NCBI GenBank assembly: GCA_042408215.1
Contig: JAYFMW010000017.1
Location: 384,001 to 448,000 of the forward strand
Origin: Microcoleus sp.
GTDB lineage: Bacteria; Cyanobacteriota; Cyanobacteriia; Cyanobacteriales; Microcoleaceae
Direction: 5' to 3'
DNA length: 64,000 nucleotides
A program made the position numbers and the translations under genes. Below are positions 10,279-19,737 of this stretch, piece by piece. A model generated the notes under the pieces. The model was given only the letters and a program-made list of their open reading frames with translations, was not told where the DNA came from and did not search any database. Numbering within the stretch: the first letter of the stretch is position 1; each line of letters starts with the position of its first letter.

Positions 10279-10591
10279 GTAGGGACACGGCATTGCCGTG
10301 TCCCTGTTATGAAACACGGTAGGGACATGGCATTGCCCATTGGTGTCAACTTAAGCCTGGAACCCTTGATAAATATCGCTTTTACCTGAGTCTAGATCCC
10401 CCTAAATCCCCCTTAAGAAGGGGAGTAGGGGGTGACTTTGATCCATTTCCTGTCCCCCCCTTGCTAAGGGGGAGTAGGGGGCAAGCTAAGGGGGGATCGA
10501 AGTTTAATAGTTAAACAACAGTCTCTGACTGGGTTTGAAGTTAAGTTGACACCAATGGGCTCCTGGAGTGTCCCTAGGAGGATTGAACGAT
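10279..10591. mobile_element. Nested repeat: REP-containing MITE interrupted by a 20-bp-TIR MITE that itself carries a C/G-rich palindromic repeat
   Basis: TIRs GCCCATTGGTGTCAACTTAA (10335-10354) and TTAAGTTGACACCAATGGGC (10541-10560); the flanks match the uninterrupted element at ~25040-25150 in reverse; inner repeat at 10395-10498. Confidence 0.8.
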
Positions 10592-10625
10592 CGGCCCAAA
10601 TCCCAAATCCCAAATCCCAAATCTC

Positions 10626-11005
10626 ATGACAGACAGACGAATTCTCGTAGTTGATGATGAAGAACACCTCCGGGAAGTGGTGCAGGCGTGCCTAGAAGAT
10701 TTAGGGGGATGGGAAACACTGGTGGCAGCTTCGGGAGAGGAGTGTCAAAAATTCTCCAAACAGAACAACCATCAGCCATTTTGCTGGATGTATCAATGCC
10801 GGGAATGGATGGGATTGTCGTGTACGATCGCCTCCAGTCCGATCCCATCACCCGATCGATTCCGGTGATTCTGCTGACAGCGAAAGTGTTGCCGGGCGAT
10901 CGGGCCAAATTTGCCAAAATGGGCGTTGCTGGGGTAATTTCCAAACCAATCCAACCCATCACCCTGACGGAAGAAGTGGCAGAAATTTTGGGATGGGTTG
11001 AATAA
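10626..11005 (+). pseudogene. CheY-like single-domain response regulator, frameshifted (1-nt deletion near 10746-10751)
   Basis: The ORF 10626 N-terminus and ORF 10688 C-terminus together match the intact paralog at 13249-13626. Confidence 0.85.
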
Positions 11006-11124
11006 CTTTCAGGATTTTTGTTAAGTTTTGTAACGAATACTAAATCTTTACAAATTCCTTACCGTTGCTATCTAGCCTCTAGTTATGCAGCTAAAAGCTC
11101 TTTGGATAGTAGGAGCAAGACTAA

Positions 11125-11544
11125 ATGAATGCTTTTCACGGATGGAATGATGTCAGCCTGGGTCTCGAAAATTCATTTTCCAGTTCACTCGATGGTTGTC
11201 AGCAATCGACACTGCCGATCGCAGCCATTAAAATTCATGACCTAGGGGCAAAATTTGTCCTGAAAGTTCGCATTTATGACATTCATTTTGTCAAATTGAA
11301 TCTCAAAATCACACCGGAAACTGTTTTAATCCAAGGTCAACCTACGGAAGCGATGGTAGTCGAAGGTTATTTCCGTCCTCGTGGATTTGAAAGTCTCATC
11401 CTGTTGCCCCACCCCGTACAACCTGAAACCGGTAAGGCCCAAATACTGCCGGATGGTTTGACAATTGAGCTTGCTAAAGAGTTGAGATTTCAGCCATCCC
11501 AAGTTCTGATTCAACTCCCAACTGCAAATTTGAGCGATTACTAA
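11125..11544 (+). CDS. Divergent Hsp20/alpha-crystallin-like protein
   Basis: FVLKVRI...LNLKITPETVLIQG...GFESLILLPHPVQPE...AQILPDGLTIELAK follows the alpha-crystallin strand pattern; AGGAG upstream. Confidence 0.6.
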   Translation: MNAFHGWNDVSLGLENSFSSSLDGCQQSTLPIAAIKIHDLGAKFVLKVRIYDIHFVKLNLKITPETVLIQGQPTEAMVVEGYFRPRGFESLILLPHPVQPETGKAQILPDGLTIELAKELRFQPSQVLIQLPTANLSDY

Positions 11545-11606
11545 AAGATGTACACACAAAACTAAATTAGCAACCGAAAAATAGATTGTTGATCGACCTA
11601 AATAAA

Positions 11607-11854
11607 GTCAACCACCCACCACTAATCGGAGTACCGATCTAGTGGGGGCAAGAAATTCGCCAAGTTGACCAGTCTGAGTGGTTCGCCCACTACGTTTAAG
11701 GTAAGCGTTAAAGTACCTACCAGAAAATGCGTGCTAGTTTTCTGCTCTAGAAATTAAAAGTTAAACAGGTGTAAGGGTTAAGCCAGTGCTTTTAATATAG
11801 TTACCGACCTTAAACATTGACGAAGCAAACATTACCCCGTAAGGGAGGACTTAA
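11607..11854 (+). ncRNA. IscB omegaRNA (HEARO-type) scaffold
   Basis: GTCAAC...GTTGACCAG pairing, CTACGTT, TGCGTGCTAG...GCTCTA, GTTAAACA, CCAGTG, AACATTGACGAAGCAAACATTACC; directly upstream of iscB. Confidence 0.85.
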
Positions 11855-13122
11855 ATGTCTAATTTTGTTTTTGTACTTGATACCAGAAAACAACCGCTCA
11901 ATCCAATCCGGGATTGGCTCGTAAGTTGTTAAACAATGGCAAAGCTGCTGTTTTAAAAAGGTATCCGTTCACGCTAATTCTGAAAGTAGAGGTGACAGCA
12001 ACCCAAAAATCAATCACTCTTAAAATAGACCCGGGTTCTCGAACCAGTGGAATCGCATTAGTACAAGGAGAGGACGTAATTTTTTGTGCTGAATTAACCC
12101 ATCGGGGTCAAACAATTAAATCGTCTTTAGAATCTCGTCGCTCATTGCGTCGGAATCGGATAAATCGTCATACTCGCTATCGTCAAGGGAGGTTCCTAAA
12201 TAGGGATCGCCCTAAAGGGTGGCTGGCTCCCAGCTTGCAACATCGTGTCGAAACAACCCTAACCTGGGTAACTAAATTGATGAAGCTCGCCCCCATTGCC
12301 TCGATTGTTCAAGAACTTGTACGGTTCGACTTACAACAATTAGAAAACCCAGAAATTTCGGGAATCGAGTACCAGCAAGGCGTTTTGTGTGGCTATGAGG
12401 TTCGGGAATACTTGCTCAACAAGTGGGATAGAAAGTGTGCTTACTGTGGTGTTACAAATACACCATTACAAGTCGAACATATTCATCCTAAAGCTAAGGG
12501 TGGTTCTAATCGCATTTCTAATCTTTGCCTTGCTTGTGAAAGATGCAATAAAAAGAAAGGTACTCAAGGTATTGAGCAATTCTTAGTCAAGAAACCAGAC
12601 GTTCTGAAGCGCATTCTTGCACAAGCTAAACGTCCTCTCAAGGATGCAGCAGCCGTCTACTCTACCAGATGGGCATTGTTCAATCGCCTTAAAGAAACGG
12701 GATTGCCTGTTTCGACTGGTTCGGGTGGATTAACTAAGTTCAACCGTACTCGATTGAAACTACCTAAAACCCATTGGCTTGATGCAGCTTGTGTTGGTCA
12801 AGTTGAGGAATTGTCCGTGTTAACAAACAAGCCGTTGTTGATTAAGGCGACGGGACACGGTACTCGACAAATGTGTCGCACGGACAACTTTGGATTTCCA
12901 TCTCGCTATGTTCCCAGGTTTAAATTTGTCAAAGGTTTTCAAACGGGAGATATCGTTAAAGCGATTGTAACCTCCGGCAAAAAAATTGGTAAATACGTTG
13001 GACGTGTTGCCGTTAGAACCAGTGGTTCATTCAATATTTCCGCATCCGAATTGGTGTCAGGAATTAGTCACAAATATTGTTCAGTTATTCACAGAAAGGA
13101 TGGTTATTCGTATGCAGTATAA
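11855..13122 (+). pseudogene. iscB: RNA-guided endonuclease IscB, N-terminal PLMP region out of frame; a 402-aa ORF remains from TTG 11914
   Basis: ATG 11855 after GGAGG reads MSNFVFVLDTRKQPLNPI then shifts frame; RuvC-I IDPGS, Arg-rich bridge helix, RuvC-II QELVRFD, HNH CAYC...EHIHPK...SNRISNL..ACERCN, RuvC-III HWLDAACVG. Confidence 0.88.
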
Positions 13123-13248
13123 ACCTTGCCCCCCTTTTCCTCTCGCCACTGACCAGGGTACAGGTACAGTGGGAGTCTCCAAGGGGGAAGACAGATGAAC
13201 GCTTTGCAAGTAGCTAATTGTTATGGGACTCTCCCGCGTGAACACAAG

Positions 13249-13626
13249 ATGATAGGCCGGCAGATTCTCGTAGTTGATGATGAAGAACATCTCCTGGAAC
13301 TGGTACAGGTGTGCCTGGAAGACCTCGCGGGATGGGACACCCTGGTGGCCGCATCAGGAAAAGAATGTTTACAAATCCTAGAAACAGAACGACCTAATGC
13401 GATTTTGCTGGATGTATCAATGCCGGGAATGGATGGGATTGCCGTGTACGAGCGCCTCCAGTCCGATCCCATCACCCGATCGATTCCGGTGATTCTGCTA
13501 ACCGCGAGGGTGTTGTCGAGCGATCGGGCCAAATTTGCCCAAATGGGCGTTGCTGGGATAATTCCCAAACCATTCCAACCCATCACCCTGACGGAAGAAG
13601 TCGCCGAGATTTTGGGATGGGATTAA
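13249..13626 (+). CDS. CheY-like single-domain response regulator (intact paralog)
   Basis: ILVVDD, ILLDVSMPGMDG, LLTA, PKPF motifs; alternative ATG at 13195. Confidence 0.9.
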   Translation: MIGRQILVVDDEEHLLELVQVCLEDLAGWDTLVAASGKECLQILETERPNAILLDVSMPGMDGIAVYERLQSDPITRSIPVILLTARVLSSDRAKFAQMGVAGIIPKPFQPITLTEEVAEILGWD

Positions 13627-13630
13627 TTAC

Positions 13631-13729
13631 CAAAAACATGGGTCTAAAGCCCCGTCCTTCTAGTAGTAGGGTGCGTCAGGCTAAAACCCTTGTAGCTCTT
13701 CAGTGATGCTTGAGTGCTGACGCACCTAC
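13631..13729 (+). mobile_element. Orphan IS200/IS605 left end (13631-13663) abutted by an inverted REP-like pair
   Basis: TTAC + CAAAAACATGGGTCTAAAGCCCCGTCCTTCTAG is identical to 9778-9814; then GTAGGGTGCGTCAG...CTGACGCACCTAC. Confidence 0.8.
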
Positions 13730-13898
13730 AATACTATTTTTACGAAATATTAAAATTCGTATCAATTCCTTAACAACCTTGTATTTTTTACCAAATCTTT
13801 ATTTTTGACCTCTACAGTCGTGCAATTGGTGCTTCAAGCCAGCTTACAGCACTGTACAACAAGAGCGAAATACACTTTCTTTTTTAATAGAGGTTTTT

Positions 13899-14090
13899 AT
13901 GGCACACTGCCCCTGCTGCTCGAATCCCATGCTCCGTCACTTTGGCCAAAATCAAGTATACTGGTTTTGTCGTCGGTGCTGGCAAGCAGTGCCTGTTAAA
14001 AATCTTAACAGCTATGGTTCATTGCTATCTACAAATTTAGTTACAGAGCTAGGGATCAAGAAACACAATTCTTCATTAGCAATAATTTAA
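13899..14090 (+). CDS. Small zinc-ribbon-like protein, hypothetical
   Basis: CPCC...YWFCRRCWQ; GAGGT Shine-Dalgarno-like sequence upstream. Confidence 0.7.
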   Translation: MAHCPCCSNPMLRHFGQNQVYWFCRRCWQAVPVKNLNSYGSLLSTNLVTELGIKKHNSSLAII

Positions 14091-14234
14091 CTGTTCAATT
14101 TAGGGTTTGCGAAAGTTTAGATTTCGTCTGGTTATTGACTGTTTTTCAAACTAAAAACTTGGCTCTATTGAATCATTAAATTACAAAACCTAGCCCATAA
14201 ATCCAAGACATTTTATGAATACCTGGATCGATTT

Positions 14235-17200
14235 ATGGCTATCGCCCAACTCAACTCATTTAGAACCTTATGCCAAACACTCATTAAAAGACTGCTACCT
14301 CTCCTGCTTAGTGTGTTGGCTTCTGTTGCTGTTTTACTGATGTGGCAACAGTTAACAATCAACGAAGAACTTCACATCGAACAGTTAATTCAGCAAGAAG
14401 CCAATGCGATCGAGCTACAACTGAGCAAAGAACTGTCAAGCCGGATGCTGACACTTCAGCAAATGGCAAATCGCTGGCAAGTGAGTGGTGGTACTGCAAG
14501 GGATCTTTGGGAAGCCGATGCTGCCGCCTATATCAAGAATTTCTATGGTTATCAGGCGATCGAGTGGGTAGATCCATCTTTTAAAGTCCGGTGGGTTGTG
14601 CCACTGGCGGGAAATGAGGCAGCACAAAACTTAGATTTGAGTCGAGAACCCCGTCGCCAAATCGCTTTGCAGGTGGCTCGCGATTTGCGCGAAATTGTCC
14701 TAACACACAATATTTCACTCCCTCAAATGGGTAAAGGATTTCTCGCAATTTTTCCTTTATTTGTGGGCGATCGCTTTGATGGGTTTATTGTCGGAGTCTT
14801 TCAGTTTCAAACTCTATTTGACAGTATCTTAAAAGTGCCACCAGGGTACAAAGTGGCTATCTACGATCGCACAGAATTGATCTATGGTGAGAATCTCCCA
14901 TCTCAACCTTCACTACAGAAAACGGTTGTAGTTATAGCCTATAATGCAGACTGGCGGGTAGAGGTTTTCCCCACTCCAGAATTAATAGCAAAAGTGAAAT
15001 CTTCTTTACCCATCGTTGTGCTAATTGGCGGCTTAGTTTTAGTTTTGCTCTTTGGATTAGTCGTGTATCTGGTACAAGTAAGTTATCGCCAAATTCACGA
15101 AGTTAAGAAAGCGAATCATCAGTTGCAATGGGAAATTCACCAGCGACAACAGGTAGAAATTGAGAACGCTAGACTAGCTGCGATCGTTGAAACTTCGGAA
15201 GATGCCATTATCAGCAAAGATTTAGAGGGTTTAGTTACAAGCTGGAATTTAGGGGCCGAGCGAATTTTTGGTTACACGGAAATCGAAATGGTCGGACAAT
15301 CCGGGACAAAACTGATTCCAGCAGACGATCGAGAGCAGGAAAACCAAATTCTCAGTCGAATTTATCAAGGAGAACGGATCGAACACTACGATACAAAACG
15401 ACTGCGGAAAGATGGCACCTTAATTGATGTCTCCATGAGTGTTTCCCCCATTAAAGACGAGACAGGGAATGTGATTGGAGCCTCAAAGATTGCCCGAAAT
15501 ATCGCTGAACGCAAGCAAGCAGAAGCAGCGCTACGTCAAAGTGAAGAACGCTGGGAACTAGCGGTAAGCGGGAATAATGACGGCATTTGGGATTGGAATG
15601 TTCAAACGAATGAAGTCTTCTTCTCTAGTCGTTGGAAGGAGATGCTGGGCTATGAAGATCATGAAATTCAAAACACTGTAGATGAATGGGCTAAGCGGAT
15701 ACATCCCGATGATTTGGAATGGGTGAGCCAAGCCGTTCAAGACCATTTTGCGAAGAAATCTCCCTTCTATCTCACAGAACATCGCGCTTGCTGCAAAGAT
15801 GGTTCCTACAAATGGATTCTCGATCGCGGTCAGGCACTTTGGGATGATGCAGGTAATGTAATTCGGATGGCTGGTTCTCACACCGACATTACTGAGCGTA
15901 AGCAATCTGAAGTTGCTTTACAGGAAAGCGAAGCCAGATATCGGCAACTAATCGATAACTTAAATGCTGGTTTTGTGATTCACGCGACAGATACCAGCAT
16001 CCTATTATGCAATGCCACAGCCTGTGAATTATTAGGGCTTTCGATGGATCAAATGCTCGGAAAAACTGCGATCGATCCGACATGGCATTTCCAGCGTGAA
16101 GATGGAACCGTGATGCCGATCGAGGAATATCCAGCCCATCGGGTTTTATCCACTGGGATGCCCATTAAAAATTATGTTTTAGGAATCAAAAGAGCAACTT
16201 CTTCTTTAGTTTGGGTATTAGTTAATGCTTATCCAGAATTCGATATAAACGGTCAACTCAAACAAATTGCAATTACGTTTATTAATATCAGCAAGCGCAA
16301 AAAAGCTGAAGAAGAAATCCAACAAACTCGCAATTTCTTACAAGCACTGCTGGATAATCTACCTGTAGCAATTTTTGTCAAGGATGGACATCCTGAAAAA
16401 TTTGGCGTATTTCAGTTTTGGAATAAAACCAGCGAACAGTTATTTGGGATTTCAGCAGAACAGGCGATCGGCAAAACTGACTATGACTTTTTCCCAATAG
16501 AACAAGCAAAATATTTCTACGAAAAGGATCGAGAAATCTTTGTCAAGGGCAGTGTCGAGGATATTCTGGAAGAACTCGTCGATAGTCATAGTCTGGGTAA
16601 ACGTTGGCTGCATACCGTGAAGGTTCCCATTTACGACGAGCAGAATCAGCCCCATTATCTACTTGGTTTTTCCGAAGATATCACCGATCGCAAACAAGCA
16701 GAAGCGGAACTGCGAGAAATGAGTGATGTGATGAAAAATGCGGTGTCGGGCATTTCCAAACTAGACACCCAAGGACATTACCTCTATGTCAATAAAGCCT
16801 ATGCTGACGTGACAGGCTATCAGCCAGAAGAAATGATTGGGATGCCCTGGGTAAATACCGTACATCCCGATGAATTGGAAAAACTGATTGCCGCCTATTG
16901 GCAGATGGTAGAAGAGGGCAGAGTTGAAGTTGAAACCAAAGGGGTTCGTAAAGACGGTTCGGTGTTTTATAAACAATTGGTGATGATTTCAACTTACGAT
17001 GAACAGCACCAATTTCTGGGGCATTACTGCTTTATGAAAGATATTAGCGATCGCAAACAAGCCGAAATTGCACTGGAAAAAGAGTTATTGCGGACTAAAA
17101 CGTTCTTCAACACTTCAATGGACGGTGTTGTGATTATGGATCGGCTGGGAAAAGTGGTCGAAGCCAGCCCCAGTTTTGCTCGAATGCTGGGCTACACCCT

Positions 17201-19712
17201 AGAAGGAATCGTGAATCTGAGTGTCTTTGATTGGGATGCTAAATGGACTAAGGAAGAACTACAGAGCATCCTCGAAATGGAAGATATTATGCCTCTGTTT
17301 GAAACGCAACATCGCCGTAAGGATGGTTCCGTATATGATGTGGAAATTAGCTTTAATCGGGTAGAATTAGACGGTGAAACGATGAACTTATGTATCTGCC
17401 GGGATATTAGCGAACGGAAACGCAACGAAGCCGATCGCCAACAAGCCGAAATCGACTTACAAATCTCTCAAGCGCGATTTGCCGGAATTTTAGAAATTGC
17501 CAGCGATGCGATTATTTCTATCAATAGTAATCAGCAAATCACTCTGTTTAACAAAGGAGCCGAAAAAATTTTTGGTTACGCGGCTGAGGAAGTTTTAGGA
17601 CAACCCCTGACGCTGTTGATGCCCTCGCGCCTTGCCAAGGCTCACGAGCATTGCGTCAGCCAGTATGCCCTGAACGAAGGCGAAGCGCGGCAAATGGCAC
17701 AGCGAGGAGCCATTTTTGGTCGGCGAAAAGATGGTACAGAGTTTCCAGCAGAAGCTTCTATTTCCAAGCTCGATCTCAACGGAGAGATTGTCTTTACCAC
17801 CTTTCTTCGCGACATCAGCGATCGCAAACAGGCAGAAGAATCTCTGCGGTATCAGAAGGAGATGTTTCAGGCGATCGTCGATAATATCCCAGTGATGATT
17901 GCTTTGTTTGACGGGCTGGGTCAAATTGAATTGATCAACCCGGAATTAGAAAAAATTTTAGGTTGGCCCCTAGAAGATTGGCAGCAAAAAGATATCTTAG
18001 CTGAGTGTTATCCTGACCCTGTTGATTATCAAAGTGTCCTGGACTTTATGTTATCAGCAACCGGCAAGTGGCAGGATATGAAAACACTGACCGCCACCGG
18101 ACAGCAATTAGAGACATCTTGGGCCAATGTGCGGCTTTCTGACGGGCATTTTTTGGGCATTGGCCAGGATATTAGCGATCGCAAACAAAAAGAACTAGCA
18201 CTGCGAAACGCGATGGAAGCTGCTGAAGCAGCGAACTTGGCGAAAAGTATCTTCCTCGCCAATATGAGCCACGAACTCCGCACGCCCCTCAACGTGATTC
18301 TGGGATTTACCCAGGTGATGGGCCATGACCCCTCTCTAACTCCCAACCAGCTAGAAGACCTACAAACGATTCGGCGCAGTGGCGATCACCTATTGAGTTT
18401 GATTAACGATGTGTTGGATCTCTCCAAAATTGAATCGGGACACTGCACGATTGAAGAGAGTGGCTTTGACTTGATTGCACTGCTACATTCCCTACGAAAT
18501 ATGTTAGCAGAAAGAGCCAGTTCTAAAGGGCTTGACCTTTGTTTCGAGATTGCGCCAGAAGTTCCCCAATTTATTCTTGCCGATCCTCAAAAACTGCGTC
18601 AAGTTTTGATCAATCTTCTGAGTAATGCGATTAAATTTACCGATCGGGGAAGCATTACTTTGCGCGTCAGCGTTGATGCTCCCGTTACAGAGGCCGCACG
18701 CAAAACTGGGCTGATTCTCCATTGTGCAGTTATTGACACGGGTGTAGGGATTGCGCCGGACGAACTTCATACCATCTTCGATGCGTTTGTGCAAGCCCAA
18801 GCAGGGAAGCGATCGGTGAGTGGGACGGGGCTAGGTCTGACCATTAGCCGCAAACTCTTAGAACTCATGGGCGGAGAAATTTCTGTTAGGAGTATCCTGG
18901 GAGAAGGGAGTACATTCACCTTTACCCTTCCCGTCATTCCCACCAATGGAGTTAATCTCACAACTGAACAGAACGATCGCCTGGTGATTGGGCTGGCTGC
19001 CGATCAACCCCATCATCGCATTTTGGTAGTTGACGATCGGGCCGAAAATCGCCTGCTGATGGTCAGATTACTGGCTCAGTTAGGGCTAGAGGTACGGGAG
19101 GCCAGCAACGGACTGGAAGCAGTGAAAATATGGCGAGAATGGCTTCCTGACCTCACCTGGATGGACATCAGAATGCCCCTGCTAGATGGATACGAAGCCA
19201 CAAAGCAAATTCGGGCAATGGAAGCCGGACAAACCAGTATCATTATTGCGCTCACCGCCCAGGCTTCTCAGAGCGATCGTACCCTCGCCCTCGCTGCTGG
19301 CTGCAACGACTACATCAGCAAACCCTTCCGAGAACAGACCCTATTTCTGAAGATGGCACAATATCTCGGCTTAGAGTATGTCTATCAGGAACAGGGAACA
19401 GAGAACGGGGAACAGGGAACAGATCGTTTTCCTTCTGATCCTTCCTCTGTCACCTCTCCCGGTTCACATTCCCTCGATCCAACGCTGCTGGCGACATTAC
19501 CAGAAGCAGTGCTGGCTGAATTGGAGGATGCTGCTGTGTGTGGGAACGATGGTGAGATTGCAGAACTAGCGACTCAATTTCCTCCTGAATTGGCCGGACT
19601 CGGTACTCGTCTAACTGAACTCGCTAACCAGTATCAATTTGAGCAAATTCTTAAGCTAATTCATGGCAATTCCGCAACCAGAATTTATGAATCGGATGCG
19701 TACAATTTTTAA
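14235..19712 (+). CDS. Membrane hybrid histidine kinase (TM, CHASE-like domain, TM, multiple PAS/PAC, HisKA, HATPase, REC)
   Basis: Two TM helices flanking a sensor domain; repeated DI(S/T)(D/E)RKQAE PAC ends; FLANMSHELRTPLN; GTGLGLTIS; REC WMDIRMP. Confidence 0.93.
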   Translation: MAIAQLNSFRTLCQTLIKRLLPLLLSVLASVAVLLMWQQLTINEELHIEQLIQQEANAIELQLSKELSSRMLTLQQMANRWQVSGGTARDLWEADAAAYIKNFYGYQAIEWVDPSFKVRWVVPLAGNEAAQNLDLSREPRRQIALQVARDLREIVLTHNISLPQMGKGFLAIFPLFVGDRFDGFIVGVFQFQTLFDSILKVPPGYKVAIYDRTELIYGENLPSQPSLQKTVVVIAYNADWRVEVFPTPELIAKVKSSLPIVVLIGGLVLVLLFGLVVYLVQVSYRQIHEVKKANHQLQWEIHQRQQVEIENARLAAIVETSEDAIISKDLEGLVTSWNLGAERIFGYTEIEMVGQSGTKLIPADDREQENQILSRIYQGERIEHYDTKRLRKDGTLIDVSMSVSPIKDETGNVIGASKIARNIAERKQAEAALRQSEERWELAVSGNNDGIWDWNVQTNEVFFSSRWKEMLGYEDHEIQNTVDEWAKRIHPDDLEWVSQAVQDHFAKKSPFYLTEHRACCKDGSYKWILDRGQALWDDAGNVIRMAGSHTDITERKQSEVALQESEARYRQLIDNLNAGFVIHATDTSILLCNATACELLGLSMDQMLGKTAIDPTWHFQREDGTVMPIEEYPAHRVLSTGMPIKNYVLGIKRATSSLVWVLVNAYPEFDINGQLKQIAITFINISKRKKAEEEIQQTRNFLQALLDNLPVAIFVKDGHPEKFGVFQFWNKTSEQLFGISAEQAIGKTDYDFFPIEQAKYFYEKDREIFVKGSVEDILEELVDSHSLGKRWLHTVKVPIYDEQNQPHYLLGFSEDITDRKQAEAELREMSDVMKNAVSGISKLDTQGHYLYVNKAYADVTGYQPEEMIGMPWVNTVHPDELEKLIAAYWQMVEEGRVEVETKGVRKDGSVFYKQLVMISTYDEQHQFLGHYCFMKDISDRKQAEIALEKELLRTKTFFNTSMDGVVIMDRLGKVVEASPSFARMLGYTLEGIVNLSVFDWDAKWTKEELQSILEMEDIMPLFETQHRRKDGSVYDVEISFNRVELDGETMNLCICRDISERKRNEADRQQAEIDLQISQARFAGILEIASDAIISINSNQQITLFNKGAEKIFGYAAEEVLGQPLTLLMPSRLAKAHEHCVSQYALNEGEARQMAQRGAIFGRRKDGTEFPAEASISKLDLNGEIVFTTFLRDISDRKQAEESLRYQKEMFQAIVDNIPVMIALFDGLGQIELINPELEKILGWPLEDWQQKDILAECYPDPVDYQSVLDFMLSATGKWQDMKTLTATGQQLETSWANVRLSDGHFLGIGQDISDRKQKELALRNAMEAAEAANLAKSIFLANMSHELRTPLNVILGFTQVMGHDPSLTPNQLEDLQTIRRSGDHLLSLINDVLDLSKIESGHCTIEESGFDLIALLHSLRNMLAERASSKGLDLCFEIAPEVPQFILADPQKLRQVLINLLSNAIKFTDRGSITLRVSVDAPVTEAARKTGLILHCAVIDTGVGIAPDELHTIFDAFVQAQAGKRSVSGTGLGLTISRKLLELMGGEISVRSILGEGSTFTFTLPVIPTNGVNLTTEQNDRLVIGLAADQPHHRILVVDDRAENRLLMVRLLAQLGLEVREASNGLEAVKIWREWLPDLTWMDIRMPLLDGYEATKQIRAMEAGQTSIIIALTAQASQSDRTLALAAGCNDYISKPFREQTLFLKMAQYLGLEYVYQEQGTENGEQGTDRFPSDPSSVTSPGSHSLDPTLLATLPEAVLAELEDAAVCGNDGEIAELATQFPPELAGLGTRLTELANQYQFEQILKLIHGNSATRIYESDAYNF

Positions 19713-19737
19713 ATTTTAGAATTACTTACTTTAAAGA

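Larger units (their letters stand above)
11607..13194 (+). mobile_element. IscB-encoding IS200/IS605 (ISC-type) element
   Basis: Starts GTCAACCACCC with a terminal hairpin, then omegaRNA, iscB, and a 3' hairpin (CCACTG...CAGTGG) directly followed by ATGAA. Confidence 0.85.

Noticed and set aside
9782..13663. Composite transposon formed by the two identical left ends
   Set aside because: Both ends have the same orientation, each follows its own TTAC, and the first already has a right end; independent insertions explain it more simply.
14235..19712. Repeated GATATTAGCGATCGCAAACA segments as DGR template/variable repeats
   Set aside because: They are the conserved PAC-end motif (DISDRKQ) containing HIP1; no reverse transcriptase and no adenine-specific variation.
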